From assembly GCA_030390025.1 (NCBI GenBank), contig JASTWF010000366.1, forward strand, positions 310,001 through 374,000: a stretch of DNA of 64,000 nt. Reading direction: 5' to 3'. This document shows, piece by piece, positions 12,466 through 25,020 of the stretch. The position numbers and the translations under genes are program-made. The notes below the pieces were generated by a model. It was not told where the DNA came from. It saw only the letters and a program-made list of their open reading frames with translations, and did not search any database. Every line of letters starts with the position of its first letter. The first letter of the stretch is position 1. Origin of the DNA: Squalus acanthias. Its lineage: Eukaryota.

Positions 12466-13122
12466 GTTGGTATTGTAAATATTTTTTGCCATTCTCACTC
12501 CTTTGTTCCCTCCTCTCCTGAAGATGCTGTGAATCTTGTCAGGGTATGATACCATCAGCACTGACAATACCTCCCCCAGTACCTCACCCAAGTGACCATT
12601 CTAAATGTGTGATCAACAAAGAATGTACCAACAAGCTAATGAACCATGGGGTTCATTAACAGATAAGCCTGATTCTGTCCGCACATTTGCATTTTTCACT
12701 GGACAGGAATTGAGAGCAGAAACCCTTGCTGAATGTTCTCCTCCTTAGCTCATTGACATTGAGGACCCAGCTACTGCCTTGGCTGAGATCAACCAATTGA
12801 GGATTCAAATGTGGGATCTCCCTGATCTGCATGGCTCAGTTCCAAATGGGCAGTGCCTTGACCGATTAAGCCATCAGGGGAACCTTAAATGAGATTCTTT
12901 GAATATGTTTTTACGCTTAACACATGTTATGTGAATGCAGCTCAGAACAAAGTTCTCTCATAGGCCAGTTATAATGCAGGTTCTGTCTTGATGCAATTTG
13001 ATTTTGTCCCACAGCAAAAACACACAGTGCATTGCAGTCGCCGATCTAACGGCAATCAAAATTCTTGTAAGTGATGTGTGAACACTTTTGGGCGGTAATA
13101 CAGCACCATTTGGGCATTATTT

Positions 13123-13514
13123 GTCAGCCGTGGCTCAATGGGTAGCATTCTCGCCTCTGAGTCAGAAGGTTGTGAGACTCCAGAGACTTGAGCCCAAAAA
13201 TCTCGGCTGACACTCCAGTGCAGTACTGAGGGAGTGCTGCACTGTTGGAGGTGCTGTCTTTCGGATGAGATGTTAAACCGAGGCCCCGTCTGCTCTCTCA
13301 GGTGGACGTAAAAGATCCCAGGGCAGTATTTCGAAGAAGAGCAGGAGAGTTATCCCCGGTGTCCTGGTCAATATTTATCCCTCAATCAGCATCACTAAAA
13401 ACAGATGATCTGGTCATTATCACATTGCTGTTTGTGGGAGTTTGCTGTGCGCAAATTGGCTGCTGCGTTTCCTACATTACAACAGTGACTACACTTCAAA
13501 AAGAACTTCATTGG
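13123..13514 (+). mobile_element. DeuSINE-like tRNA SINE (SacSINE1-like)
   Basis: tRNA-like head gtggctcaatgggtagc; core caggtggacgtaaaagatccc...cacattgctgtttgtgggag; family name from recall. Confidence 0.72.
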
Positions 13515-13593
<79 letters not shown>

Positions 13594-13597
13594 TCCT

Positions 13598-13656
<59 letters not shown>

Positions 13657-13697
13657 CTCTTTCTCTCTTTCTTTCTCTCTTTCTCTCTTTCTCTCTT

Positions 13698-13728
<31 letters not shown>

Positions 13729-13773
13729 CTCTTTCTTTCTTTCTCTCTTTCTTTCTTTCTTTCTTTCTTTCGC

Positions 13774-13804
<31 letters not shown>

Positions 13805-13992
13805 CTCTTTCTTTCTCTCTTTCTTTCTTTCTCTCTCTCTTTCTTTCTTTCTCTCTTTCTCTCTTTCTCTCTTTCTCTCTTTCTTTCTTTCTCTCTTTCT
13901 TTCTTTCTCTCTTTCTTTCTTTCTCTCTTTCTTTCTCTCTTTCTTTCTTTCTCTCCCTCCCTCCCTCCCTCCCTCCCTCCCTCCCTCCCTCT
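13515..13992 (+). repeat. (CTTT)n / (CT)n / (CCCT)n compound microsatellite, 478 bp
   Basis: Read directly; all pyrimidine except one G at 13772. Confidence 0.97.
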
Positions 13993-14940
13993 GACAGAAG
14001 GATGAATAAATCAGCAGATAAAAAGCAATACAGTAATTAACCTACATTGATAGTGCCAAATGTTTCTAAAACCAAAGTGTTTGAATTCTTAGAGTTAAAA
14101 CAGATTCCGGATTGTAGTGATCATGAGGTCTGCTTATGGGACTCGAGACGGGTGACGCTGAAACCGAGGAAATAGCTAGCGTGAAAAATGACAGAACCGT
14201 TTGTCAGAATGAAGGGGTCGCCACCTGAAATGTGAACCTCTGTTGTCTCTCTTCAAATACTGACAGGCCTGCTATATAATTTCTGTATTTTCTGATGGGA
14301 TGAAAATTCTCTCTCTCCCTGTCTCCATCCCTCTCTCCATCCTCCCTCCCCTCCCCCCTCCCCTCTCTTGTTCTTTCTTTCTCTCTCGCTCTGAATCTTG
14401 CATTGAAATTAGGTGGCATGGGCCCACAGCACAAAACTACCCACAGGTTAGCACTCATTGACAATCAGACTCAGACAGGCCAAATGGTGGCCATTGTAGG
14501 AATGAAAAAATGTCATACTGTTGCAATAGAAATATTTCTCTGACGTCTGAGCAAGTTGGGAGATGCATCTAACCTGTTTACACCTGACCTTGGAATGTTT
14601 GATAGTGATAACTGGCACCCTTTTTTAAGAGTACACGAATTCACAAAAGAAAACTCCCATTATTATCAAATAAAATGTTTTTTATTTCCTAGCAGACATG
14701 CTGTAATATTTAACAATCTTTCAAAAGAACTAGTTTACCAGTCTTGTTCAGTTCATGGTGTGAGGTTCCCCAGTAGTCTTATCAATTGAAGTTCCATATG
14801 TACATCTCTAGAGGGCAGTGCACAGCTACTGTATCTCCTGTGACTGTCCCTTGATTGTATATTATGCAGATATTTACAAAATTCAGAAATGTAAAACACA
14901 TTTTCTAATTTATACCAAATACTTTTTTAAAAAAAAATAG

Positions 14941-15090
14941 ATTTCAGAAAATTTTTTCTTCGATTTGAATTCTGAGCAAATGAAAGGCATGCTGCGACCT
15001 CATGTTCCTCCCGCAGCCATTTCAACACTGGCTCGATCAGCAATCTTCTCAATCACGTATCCCTGTCAGGATGTTTTTTTAGTTATAAAG
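14941..15090 (+). CDS. DOCK7: DOCK7 coding exon (~exon 9), [16 protein letters not shown]...DVFLVIK
   Basis: aatag| acceptor, AAG|gtaaga donor, 150 nt. Confidence 0.94.
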
Positions 15091-16163
15091 GTAAGAAAGA
15101 TTTTGTTTTACATTATTTCCTCTTCTTGAAGGTGCTGACTGCTGATACGTTGCCCTAGTGCCCATTCTTCATGTGTGAGCCGAGATGCTGAATGCTCTTT
15201 GACCATGTGGTGGGGGGTGGAGGGGACGGGCTTTGTAATCTACGCTTTCTAGCAGAAGTCACCAGAAAGTAATGAGAGGGGAACAGCATAGCGCCTTTAA
15301 CGTAGTAAAAACATCCTAACCCTGACTGATTTCTCCGCCCCCCCCCCCATCCCCCCCATCCCTGTCGAAGAGAGTTCAGGCCAATTGGAGATTCCTGGGC
15401 TGAAATGAACTAATTTATCACAGAAAGAGGACCTTCCTGCTCTGCAGGAATGGGTTCAGACTCCCCAAAGATCCATACTTTGTCTTCCTCTTCCTCATCT
15501 ACGTGTTGGCAACATTATCGCAGACATGAAATCAGTAACCCTGTGTACCCTGATGACACCCACTCTACCTATCCACCACCTCTCTCACCTCCTCCATTGC
15601 TTCCGTGCTGGCTTACTGTTTGTCCGACATCCAGTCTTGGATGAGCCTTAATTTCCTCCAACGTGTTTTTGGGAAAATTGAAGCCACAAATTCCATACCA
15701 TCACCATTGACTATCCCTCTCCCTGGTCCAAACTGTTCGCAACCTTGGCGTCCTTTTTTTAATTCATTCTCGGGATGTGGGCATCGCTGTCAAGCCTGGC
15801 ATTTATTACCCCTCCCTAGTTGCCCTAAGAAGGTGGTGGTTGGCCTTTTTCTTGAACTATTGGTAGCAATTTGATACAACTGAGTGGCTTGCTAGGCCAC
15901 TTGAGAGGGCAGTTGAGAGACAACCACGTTGGTGTGGAACTGGAGTCACATATAGGCCACACCGGGCAAAGATGGCAGGTTTCTTTCCCTAAAGGATATT
16001 AGTGAACCAATTGAGTTTTTACTACAATCCGACACTCTTACAGCCTTTTATTTCCAGATTTGAAAAAAAAAATGAATTCAAATTCTCAAACTGCCATGGT
16101 GGGATTTGAACTCATGTTCTCTGGGTTATTAGTTCAGGCCTCTGGAATTCTAGTCCAGTATAT

Positions 16164-18060
16164 TGAAGAGATATTTACTAGTCCTAGCCCCTTTAGGGCT
16201 ACCCCGGATCAGGGGTATTTCTCAGACGTTCAACTAAAGTTTGAGGTAGCCGAATCCTAAAGATGCTTAATTGGGTCTAAAGGTCCGGGCTATCTCTCCC
16301 AAAAGGAAAAGAACAACCTGAGAATGTTACTGTCCTCCAGATAGCGCTTTTAATAAGTTTAGCTAGACTATAACGTCCTGGATATTATGAGGGTCCGGAA
16401 AACTCCCTCAGAATTCTGTAACTCGTCACCAAAGAGTGTACAGAGATTGAGTTCGCGCGTTTTTGATACAGAAGACTTATGCTAGACAATTCTAAAAATA
16501 TATAGGCCCGAAAATTAGACCTAATACGCGAGAGTACGCACTGTGTACTCTCGCGTATTAGGTCTCCAATTGCCGGTTTCCTGCATGCACTGCGCATGCG
16601 CGGGAAACCGGCACTTCGTGAATTCAAAAGGGGGCGGTTCCTAAGTGAACCGCGTGCGCGCTACAGGCTGTGCGCACGCAGTGCACTTAGTTATTTTTTC
16701 AGCTTTGAACGCGCAGGTAAGTGGTGAACATTTTACACAAAGAAAGCAGGCGTAGGACCCCCTTTTTACAAGGTAAGTAGTTAATTAAGTGTTATTTTAA
16801 ATTTTTTTCAACAGGTTTATCTTTTTTAGAGACTTTAAAGAAAGGTAAGTTTATTTTTATAACTTTTAAAAAGATTTTAAATTTTTTCAAAAATTTGTTT
16901 AAAGTGGTTAATTTATTTAACTATACTTATTTTATTAATGTGATGGCTTTTTTTAAAATTTAATTGAGGTTTAGCTGTTCTTTTGGGGGGGTATAGTATT
17001 CATAGCTTTGACAGGTCTTCCTGTCAAAACTATGAATGAAAGATGGTGTGCTGCCATTGGCTCTAACTGAATCACGTGATCCCAGAGCTCGCATGAACTA
17101 ATTGCGTCTCTGGGTCACGCAAGCACTGCACGGTTCCAAGAGAGAGAGCCTTTCAGACTAAAGTTCGTGTGGGCCCGGAGCAAAAAGGTAGGCGCGGAGT
17201 GCGATATCGCGGGGATTCCTTACCCCCGCGGGAACCCTCACTGTTTAATTTCTGGGCCATAGAGATTTATTAAAGAACCGACATGCAATTTACAGTTGGT
17301 GAATCAGTCGATCGCAACATTAACAGTTCTAAAAAGAGAATAATTACGATCTTATTATTAACAGACAATCTTACTTTTAAATCTTAACTTTGCTACAGTA
17401 TTACAGTCCTTAAAGTTCTCTATACAGGATATCCATCAATATCAAATACCTTTGATCCCCGAGGTACAAAGAGTTGGAGACTACAAAGCCGCCTCTGAAG
17501 CCGAGAATCGCTTTGCCCGATTAAAGCGAGTCTGATATCCCATTTGAGAGTTCAATATTTATACCCTTTTCCAGTGGTATTTCCTTTAAGGTTTTCTGCT
17601 GATGCAAGTTAATTATCTCTATTCATCTTTCTGCCGACCTCTGCAACTCTTACTGCCACATCAGCCAGGATCTTGTCTCATCTCCAGGTGTTCTAGGTTG
17701 ACCATATAAAAACGCTGTGAACGGCAGGTGTTCCTTATTTTCTGTCATCTTTACGAGGGCAGATGTTCCTTATCTTATGTGCCATCGTTACGAAGTTTAA
17801 ATTAGAACACCTTATCCAGGGTGAACCACTGTTTTGTTCCCAAAAGGTCAGCTTGTCGGAGCCATGCACCTTCTGTTTCAATAAGGTTATTTATTCAGGG
17901 TCAACAACTGTCTTATCTCAATAGCCAGAATGCTTTCATAGCTATTTCGTCGTTAAGTTTCTAAATTTTCAAACCCAGTTTGTCATGTTTTAATAAGGCC
18001 AGAATTCTTTCATAAGATGGTGTATTTTTCTGAATAGGTTATATGGCTTATTCCTTCACA
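16164..18060 (-). mobile_element. Solo LTR (ERV or Gypsy type), about 1.14 kb excluding the internal MITE
   Basis: TG...CA termini with a 4-bp TSD ATAT (16160-16163 and 18061-18064); minus-strand TATAAA (17563-17558) and AATAAA (17271-17266); interrupts a SINE cleanly. Confidence 0.68.
16505..17258. mobile_element. PIF/Harbinger-type non-autonomous DNA transposon (MITE)
   Basis: TIRs ggcccgaaaatta / taatttctgggcc; 3-bp TSD ATA; internal hairpin and AT-rich core related to the other two copies. Confidence 0.75.
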
Positions 18061-18854
18061 ATATAACCACTACACTCCTCTTTGACCCCCGAGCTGCACT
18101 TCTATTCCCTTATTCTCTCTCTCACAAAGATCGCTTGCTTCCACATCTGTAACATCGTCTGCCTCTGTCCCTACATAAGTCCATCTGTGGCTGAAGCCTT
18201 CATCCATGCCTTTGTCACCTCCTGGCTGATTACTCCATTGCTCACTTGTCCGGCCTTCTCTTCTCCACTCTTCAGAAACTTCAGCTTATACAAAACTCTG
18301 CTGCTGCTATCCTAGCCTGCATCATATCCAACTTGCCCATCATTCATTATAGCTCCCAGTCCACCAAGGCCTCAAATTTACAATTCTTGTCTTTGTGTTT
18401 AAATCCCTCTATGACCTTGCCCCTCCCTACTTCTGTAATCTTCTCCTGCCCTATGCTCCCCTCCCATTCCCAAAAGCTTTGTTCCTTTGACTCCATCATT
18501 TTGTGCATCACCCTCTTTGGTGGGCGTGCTGTCAGTCATCTATGTCTCACTCTGGAATTCTTTCCTTAAACCTCTCCAGCTCATTCTCCTGCTTCAAGAC
18601 CGTTCTTGAAACTCCCCTCTTGATCAAGCTTGTGGTCACCACTCCTAAAATCTCCCTTTTAGTTTGACATCCATTATCCTTATGCCTCTGTGAAACAATT
18701 TGTGGTGTTTTTCAATATTAAAGGTGCTATATAAGTGCAAGTTGTTGTTGATGATATTGAGTATCAGGCTGCATTCACTAAATCATCAGCGACCCCTTAC
18801 AGTATAAAATAAATGATGAAACTTTTACATACAATGGTGTGGTTTTTTTTTCAG

Positions 18855-18935
18855 CTTGAGAAAGTTCTGCAACAAGGAGATATTGGTGAATGTGCAGAAC
18901 CGTACATGATCTTCAAGGAGTCTGACACGACCAAA
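18855..18935 (+). CDS. DOCK7: DOCK7 coding exon (~exon 10), [27 protein letters not shown]
   Basis: ttttcag| acceptor, |gtaaga donor, 81 nt. Confidence 0.95.
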
Positions 18936-19260
18936 GTAAGAACCTTTCTGAAGTATTTTGGAAATTTGGGAATTAATATTTAGCAAACTGTGATTACAAC
19001 AGAAAGTATTTAACTTGTATTATAAATTGTAATTGAGATACAACAACTTTGTTCCACTCTTAACAAGTGCACGTGTTTTTGTTTGGTGTGGTGGAGGGAG
19101 GTGCTGCAGACCGTGCTGGATGTCTGACTCACAAGGTTTTCTCGCATCATTTGAGAGTAGTATGGGGCTATGTGATTTCAGCAGTGACAAAGAGTTTTAT
19201 TTCACTGCATCTTATGGAGCATTTGCTCTTAATTATATGTCTTTTTTTCTTTTGTTACAG

Positions 19261-19426
19261 AACAAGGAAAAGTTGGAGAAGCTAAAGTGCCAGGCGGAGC
19301 AGTTCTGTCACAGACTGGGGAAGTACCGCATGCCTTTTGCTTGGACTGCCATACATCTAATGAACATCGTTAACAGTGCAGGAAGCCTGGAGCGAGACAG
19401 TACAGACTCTGAGATAGGAGCAGGAG
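19261..19426 (+). CDS. DOCK7: DOCK7 coding exon (~exon 11), NKEKLEKLK...DSEIGAG
   Basis: gttacag| acceptor, GAG|gtggaa donor (weak), 166 nt, phase fits the next exon. Confidence 0.92.
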
Positions 19427-22400
19427 GTGGAATCCTTTTCCAGAATAATAGTTTTTTTTTTATACATAGTAACAACAGTGTATGTGTCTGTATTTTTATA
19501 TTTTTTATTTGATGATTTTGGTTTTTTTTTGCTCATTAAATTGAGGGATGCATTATTTCAGGCACCCAATGTCGGCAGCAAATACTCCCACAGCACAATT
19601 TAGATGCAGAGCTAAGTTCCCTCTACTAAGTCCCAAGTCCAGAAGAGTACTTCTAATGCACCAGTGGATGTTTCTTCTATTTCTCACATTAGCCATGTTG
19701 TAACCTCCATGTCAGATTGATAATTTAGCACCGTTTGGGGTCATGTCAACTGGAAACTGGATTGAAACTGACCAGGTGAATTTCAAATGGGACTCGGTCC
19801 CATCAGTTTGGGTTAGATTTGAACCCAGGTCCCAGAAATGCAGGGCAGTGTATAACCTCCTGCACCAACCAATCTCCTTTTACTTAACATTTTAATTCAG
19901 GTATTTCTATTTGTTTAAATGATTATTATGAAATTAACAGAAGGACAGAGACCTATCTAAACAAAATACAGTCCATCTGCACTTTAATAAGGCTACTGGC
20001 GAGGTTTTGACATGTATCATTGTAATGCTGTTTTTATATGCCATTTAGGCACTGATACTTGCTTTAGAGCAGTGTGAGATGGCAACATCAAATTTCACTA
20101 CTGACTTTGCATTGGTCTGTGCTCTTGCAAAGCAGAGCTCTGCGTACATGCACTTAAACACATGCATAGGGCTGTGTTGCTAAAGAGAGCTGTCTTGTTA
20201 GCTCTTCATTAGCATTAAAAATGTAAAAGGAGCTACATTGTTAATCAAGTTTATAAAGATGGCTTTGCACGGCAGTGTGACTGTGACTACAAAGGTGAGA
20301 CGTAGATGAACAATCAGTGTGAGGTGGCAGTAAAGAAAATGGAAGAGGATGATGGGTTATATTACCAAATCATTTGAGCTCATATTGCCAAATGTCATGC
20401 TGAGGCTGTATCGTGCTCTGGATAGGCTGCTCTGGAAGTGCTGAGTGTAACTTTGGTCTCCAAAGTAAGTCTTAAAGGCAGTACAGAGGAGAGAAGTAAG
20501 GATGATTTCTGGTGCTGGAGGGATGAACTATGAAGAAAGACCTGACGATAAGCTGGGCTCTTTGGCCACAAACTAGTAACTGAAGTGAAGTTATAGACAT
20601 ATCGAAGATACTTAACAGGATAGAGGAAGTAAAGCGCTACAGTATTTTCAGAGCAGCAAGACAAGAGAGTGCAGGTCCAACGTTGTGAAAGGTGGGTTTA
20701 GGGAGATGTTGGGATTAAGTATGCCCTTCAGCTAAGACATTAAACCCGGGTCCCGTCTGCTTATTCTATTGGTTCAGTTGGATGTTAAAGTTCCGCGGAC
20801 ACTATTTGGAAAAAATACAGGGGATTCTCACACTTATTCTGACCAGCATTCTTCCCCCTCAAAACCAAAAAAAGAGATGAACTGATCATTATAGGATCTT
20901 GCTATATGCAGTTGGTTGCCTTGCTTTGTCCACATGACAACAGTCACTGCACAGTTAAGGTTATTTCTGAAACATGTGATAATGCAATATAAATGCGAGT
21001 CTTTCTGAAATTCATATGAATTTATCATGTGATCTTCAAACCAGTTATAGTGACTTTTGTGTGTTTCAACATGATAGTGGCATTGAATTGATGCAGAAAC
21101 AACTATATAATTGGTCTATAGGGTGCATTTTAAAATGTTACCAATATAAAAGTCAATCTATTTTTTTTCAAAGTTTTAGATAACAATTTTTGGTTGCCTG
21201 CACTGGTAAACTGTGCTGCAGTAACCATTTATGTGGATCACTTTGGCCCTTGAATGGCAGATATGTGGTATTGCGGTATAGAGTTACTTAGCGCTTGAAT
21301 ATTACAGCACAGAAACAGGCTATTCAGTCTACCAGGTCTGAACTAGCGTTTTTCTCACATGAGGCACCTAATCTAATCCGATTCTCCTCCTCACTTCCCA
21401 TACCCATTAATATTTTTTTCAGCTATCTAATTTCCTTTGAAATGAATTAATGGACTCTGCTTCAACAACAGTTTGTGACACAAATTCCAGATTCGAACCA
21501 CCCTCTCTGTGTTACTGAATTTATTTTCTAACCTCCATTAAAGTGATTACATTTTGTGTGCTCTCGTCATGTCTCACCAATCAGTGGAAACAATCTATCA
21601 TTATTTACCTTAGCGTTGCCTTTCCTAATCTTCGACCTTGACCCTTTTGATTCGAGTAGTTTATACTGTTACAAAGTTTTTTGAGAAGTTAAGTACTAGA
21701 ACTAAATATAGAAACTGTAAGGCTACATTTACAGTACAAATTTAGTGTCAGTGTAAAGTGGTTTCAGCATCATACCAATATTAAACAATTCACGATTTCT
21801 TGGCGTAACTTCGGTGAAAGATTGGCGGAAATCCGGGGGGAATGGTGTAATATTTCTCGGGCTTCTGCCAAAGTTATGGTGGGAGATCAGGAGAAACCTT
21901 GTGGAAATTCCAGACGATGTAGTATACGTTGGGTGTTATGACTCCAAAGTGAAGTCAAGTGAGACTTCCTCCTTCAGGGAGTCTCATTCAACTTGCACTT
22001 GGGTCTTGACTCTGTATTCAGGATACATTTATATTATAACTGCAATGTTGAAACTGCTTTGCATTGATGTTACAGTCATAGTGTAATTACACTTGTAGTC
22101 ATTAATCCACAGCCACACAGCCAAAAAAGAGAAAGCAAAGCCTGCACCATTAGAACAGCTGCTTGAAATGTTAAATGGAACTGAGGGGCACCCAGTGAGG
22201 TTCCTGATCCTTCCAATGTAAAAGTGCAAAAGGTCTCATAACTACACACACACACACTCTGCTCCTTTAAGACTCAGTGGGTAAATGCATCACCTGGTGT
22301 GCAACAGATAAAAATAAATAAAACTTGCATTTATATATTGTCTTTTCACATTGTTGAAATCTCTTGTAAAGCCCTTCATGCAATGTAGTGTAGTGTAGAC

Positions 22401-23024
22401 AAATGCAGCAGCCATTCTGCAACAACAGTGTCGCAGAGAACCGTGAGATTCATCAGTTTTTGGCCATGGGGGTTGAAGGAGGAATGGTGGCTAGGATATC
22501 AGGAGCATTCCTGGCTCCTCTTCACGCAATGCCATGGGATTTCTAACATTCATCTGAGCCATACGATGAGGCAGATAGGATCACAGTTCAACATCTCATA
22601 CGATGGACAGCTCGGACAGCATTCCCTTAGTACTGCACTGAAGTATCAGCCTAGATTATGTTCTGAAATTTTCCACAATCTCCTGACACAGAAATAGGAG
22701 TGCTAGCATAGGAAACCAGTCTCATCTGGGGGTACAATTGGCTTGCTGCTGGGAAGAGCACATATGTAGGTGTTGGAAGGGTGAGGAGGAGATCAGGTTT
22801 GGCTGTGACGTCCCCACGGTCGAATAATCTGCTGGCACTTATTATCTTTACACATCAAGAATGGCTGCTTGAATGGAGTACTGGAGGGAAGTTGGTACCC
22901 TAGGACTGAGGAGAGAAAATTAGATGTTATAAACTCATTGTAGCATTGTTCTAGTGTGTGAGGGCAAAGGACTCTCTATGTCACTGACTATTTTCTTAAC
23001 TGGTGTGACGTTATTTCCTGATAG

Positions 23025-23167
23025 AGCGGAAGGGTTCCTGGTCAGAAAGAAGGAATTCTGGTCTTGTTGGAAGGCGGTCTCTTGAACGAATGACCAGCGG
23101 GGACGAATCGTGTAACCTTTCAAGCTTCAGGCCAGCCACACTGACTGTCACAAACTTCTTCAAACAG
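23025..23167 (+). CDS. DOCK7: DOCK7 coding exon (~exon 12), (E)[11 protein letters not shown]...TVTNFFKQ
   Basis: gatag| acceptor, CAG|gtaacc donor, 143 nt. Confidence 0.95.
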
Positions 23168-23317
23168 GTAACCTGAAATAACTTGAAACATATGCACATC
23201 ATATATTATAGGAATTCAAGCTAGCTGACATATCAGTGCATAATATATCTATAAATAGAACTTGCATACCTTTCACTCCCCTTCTTTGCCTCTCCTCCAC
23301 CTCACGGCAATGTCTAG

Positions 23318-23425
<108 letters not shown>

Positions 23426-23819
23426 TAAAAGTGTCAGCTTTCTTCTCTGGTGTTTCCCTCAATGGTTTAAATGTGGGTGAAAGCATCGCCAGGTGTGGGG
23501 CTGAACTGTACAGAGCTGGAAAGTTTCAGGTTTTATCCTCTATGCTGAATTAGCTGTTCTCCGCAGAGGAAGTGGTAGAAGCACTATGATTAGCCTTGGT
23601 GAGGTTGGAGGAAATCAGCACGGCTCCCTGCTCTTGGTCACAATTCATTGACCCCTCTGGAAAGTGCTCTGCTGACACTCACTATGTAGGCCATTTAGGT
23701 GAAGTACCAGAGGGAAAAACATGATTCTGTAATTTCAGGAGATGAGAGAAATGTGGAAGAAATGGTGGGAGAGGGAATGGAGACAATGCAAAAACTCAGT
23801 CAAATGTTAAAGACTCAGT

Positions 23820-25020
23820 GGCCCGTATTTTCCGATCGGAGGCTTCCTGCGTGCGGAGGCCTCCGATCTGGAAAAAATCTACGCCCTTACCCGAGGGCTC
23901 CAGAGGTCCGGCCATTTCCGCTCCTGGGCCTCTCCACGACGAAATGCGCAGGGTCCTCGTATCCCAGGGGCGCATGTGGTTCGCAAGCGTCCCTGGGATT
24001 ACGTGAGCCATGGGGAGCCAATGGGAGAAGGGAATCCCCCTTCATACTTTTGACAGCTTAGACAGGGCAACACGGTGGCATAGTGGTTAGCACTGGTGCC
24101 TCACAGCGCCAGAGACCCGGGTTCGAATCCGGCCTCGGGTGACTGTCTGTGTGGAGTTTGCGCATTCTCCCCGTGTCTGCGTGGGTTTCCTCCGGGTGCT
24201 CCGGTTTCCTCCCACAGTCCAAAGATGTGCGGGTTAGGTTGATTTGGCTATGATAAATTGACCCTTAGTGTTAGGGGGGGATTAAATATGTGGGGTTACG
24301 GGGATAGGATGGGATATGTTAGGGGGAATTAAATACGTGGGGTTACGGGGATAGGGTGGGATATGTGTCGGTGTAGGCTCTATGGGGATTCTGTGTGAGA
24401 AAGCAGGGACAGGGTACTGGATTTGGATGATCAGCCATGATCGTATTGAATGGCGGAGCAGGCTCGACGGGCCGAATGGCCTACTCCTGCTCCTAGTTTC
24501 TATGTTTCTATGTTTCTATGACATGTCAAAAGTATGAATGGGGATCACCAAAAAAACACATCAAAACATTAAATACATTTTTTTTTAAATCACGTTTTTA
24601 AAATTAGTTAAAATGACATTAAATTAAATATTTTAAACAAAACTTTAATTTTTTGAAAAAAAAATTAACGTTTTTTACGGGGCTAAAATTAAACTTAACA
24701 TTTTTAAAAGTATTTTTAAATTATAAATGAGTGGGGAAAAAAATATTTTTTTACTTTTTTAAACTCTTATGCTGGTAAAAGCAGGCCTTACGCCTGCTTT
24801 TACCAGGCGTAAGATTTTTAAGGGTTTTCAGCGGGCGGAGGTTCTGCAGAAAGTGGAACTCTCCACCCGCAGAGGCCCTTCTCTAGGGCAGGCGTGCGGT
24901 CTGTTAAGAGGATTCTTGACAGATCGGAAGTGCTGGTTTTCAGCGCATGTGCTTCACATGCCTGAAACCGGCACTTGCAAGGTCCCTACGGGTGTGCACA
25001 CAGCTCGGAAAATACGGGCC
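23820..25020. mobile_element. PIF/Harbinger-type MITE containing an HE1-like SINE
   Basis: Perfect 16-bp TIRs ggcccgtattttccga / tcggaaaatacgggcc; 3-bp TSD AGT. Confidence 0.82.
24065..24519 (+). mobile_element. HE1-like V-SINE (tRNA head, V core, CR1-derived tail)
   Basis: A box tggcatagtgg, B box ggttcgaatcc, V-domain tgtgtggagtttgc...gggtttcctccgggtgctccggtttcctcccaca, tail shared with the LINE at 74..160. Confidence 0.85.

Larger units (their letters stand above)
15755..18076 (-). mobile_element. tRNA-derived SINE with a 3' tail from the second LINE family; its head is split by an LTR
   Basis: Minus strand: agtgtagtggtta|...tactggactag...gagttcaaatccc (A and B boxes); the tail matches 32342..32440. 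Confidence 0.7.
15480..18750 (+). mobile_element. L2-type LINE fragment split into 15480..15754 and 18075..18750 by nested insertions
   Basis: The two halves are colinear with the L2 copy at 27880..28480 (gcaaccttggc | tttgaccc.gagctg); IHAFVTS and LQLIQNSAA motifs. Confidence 0.75.

Noticed and set aside
13302..14005. Hydrophobic F/L/S-rich ORFs resembling membrane proteins
   Set aside because: They are translations of a SINE plus the (CTTT)n microsatellite
24065..24140. tRNA-like sequences with A and B boxes (also 60304, 13123, 38760)
   Set aside because: They are SINE heads followed by SINE cores and LINE-derived tails, not tRNA genes
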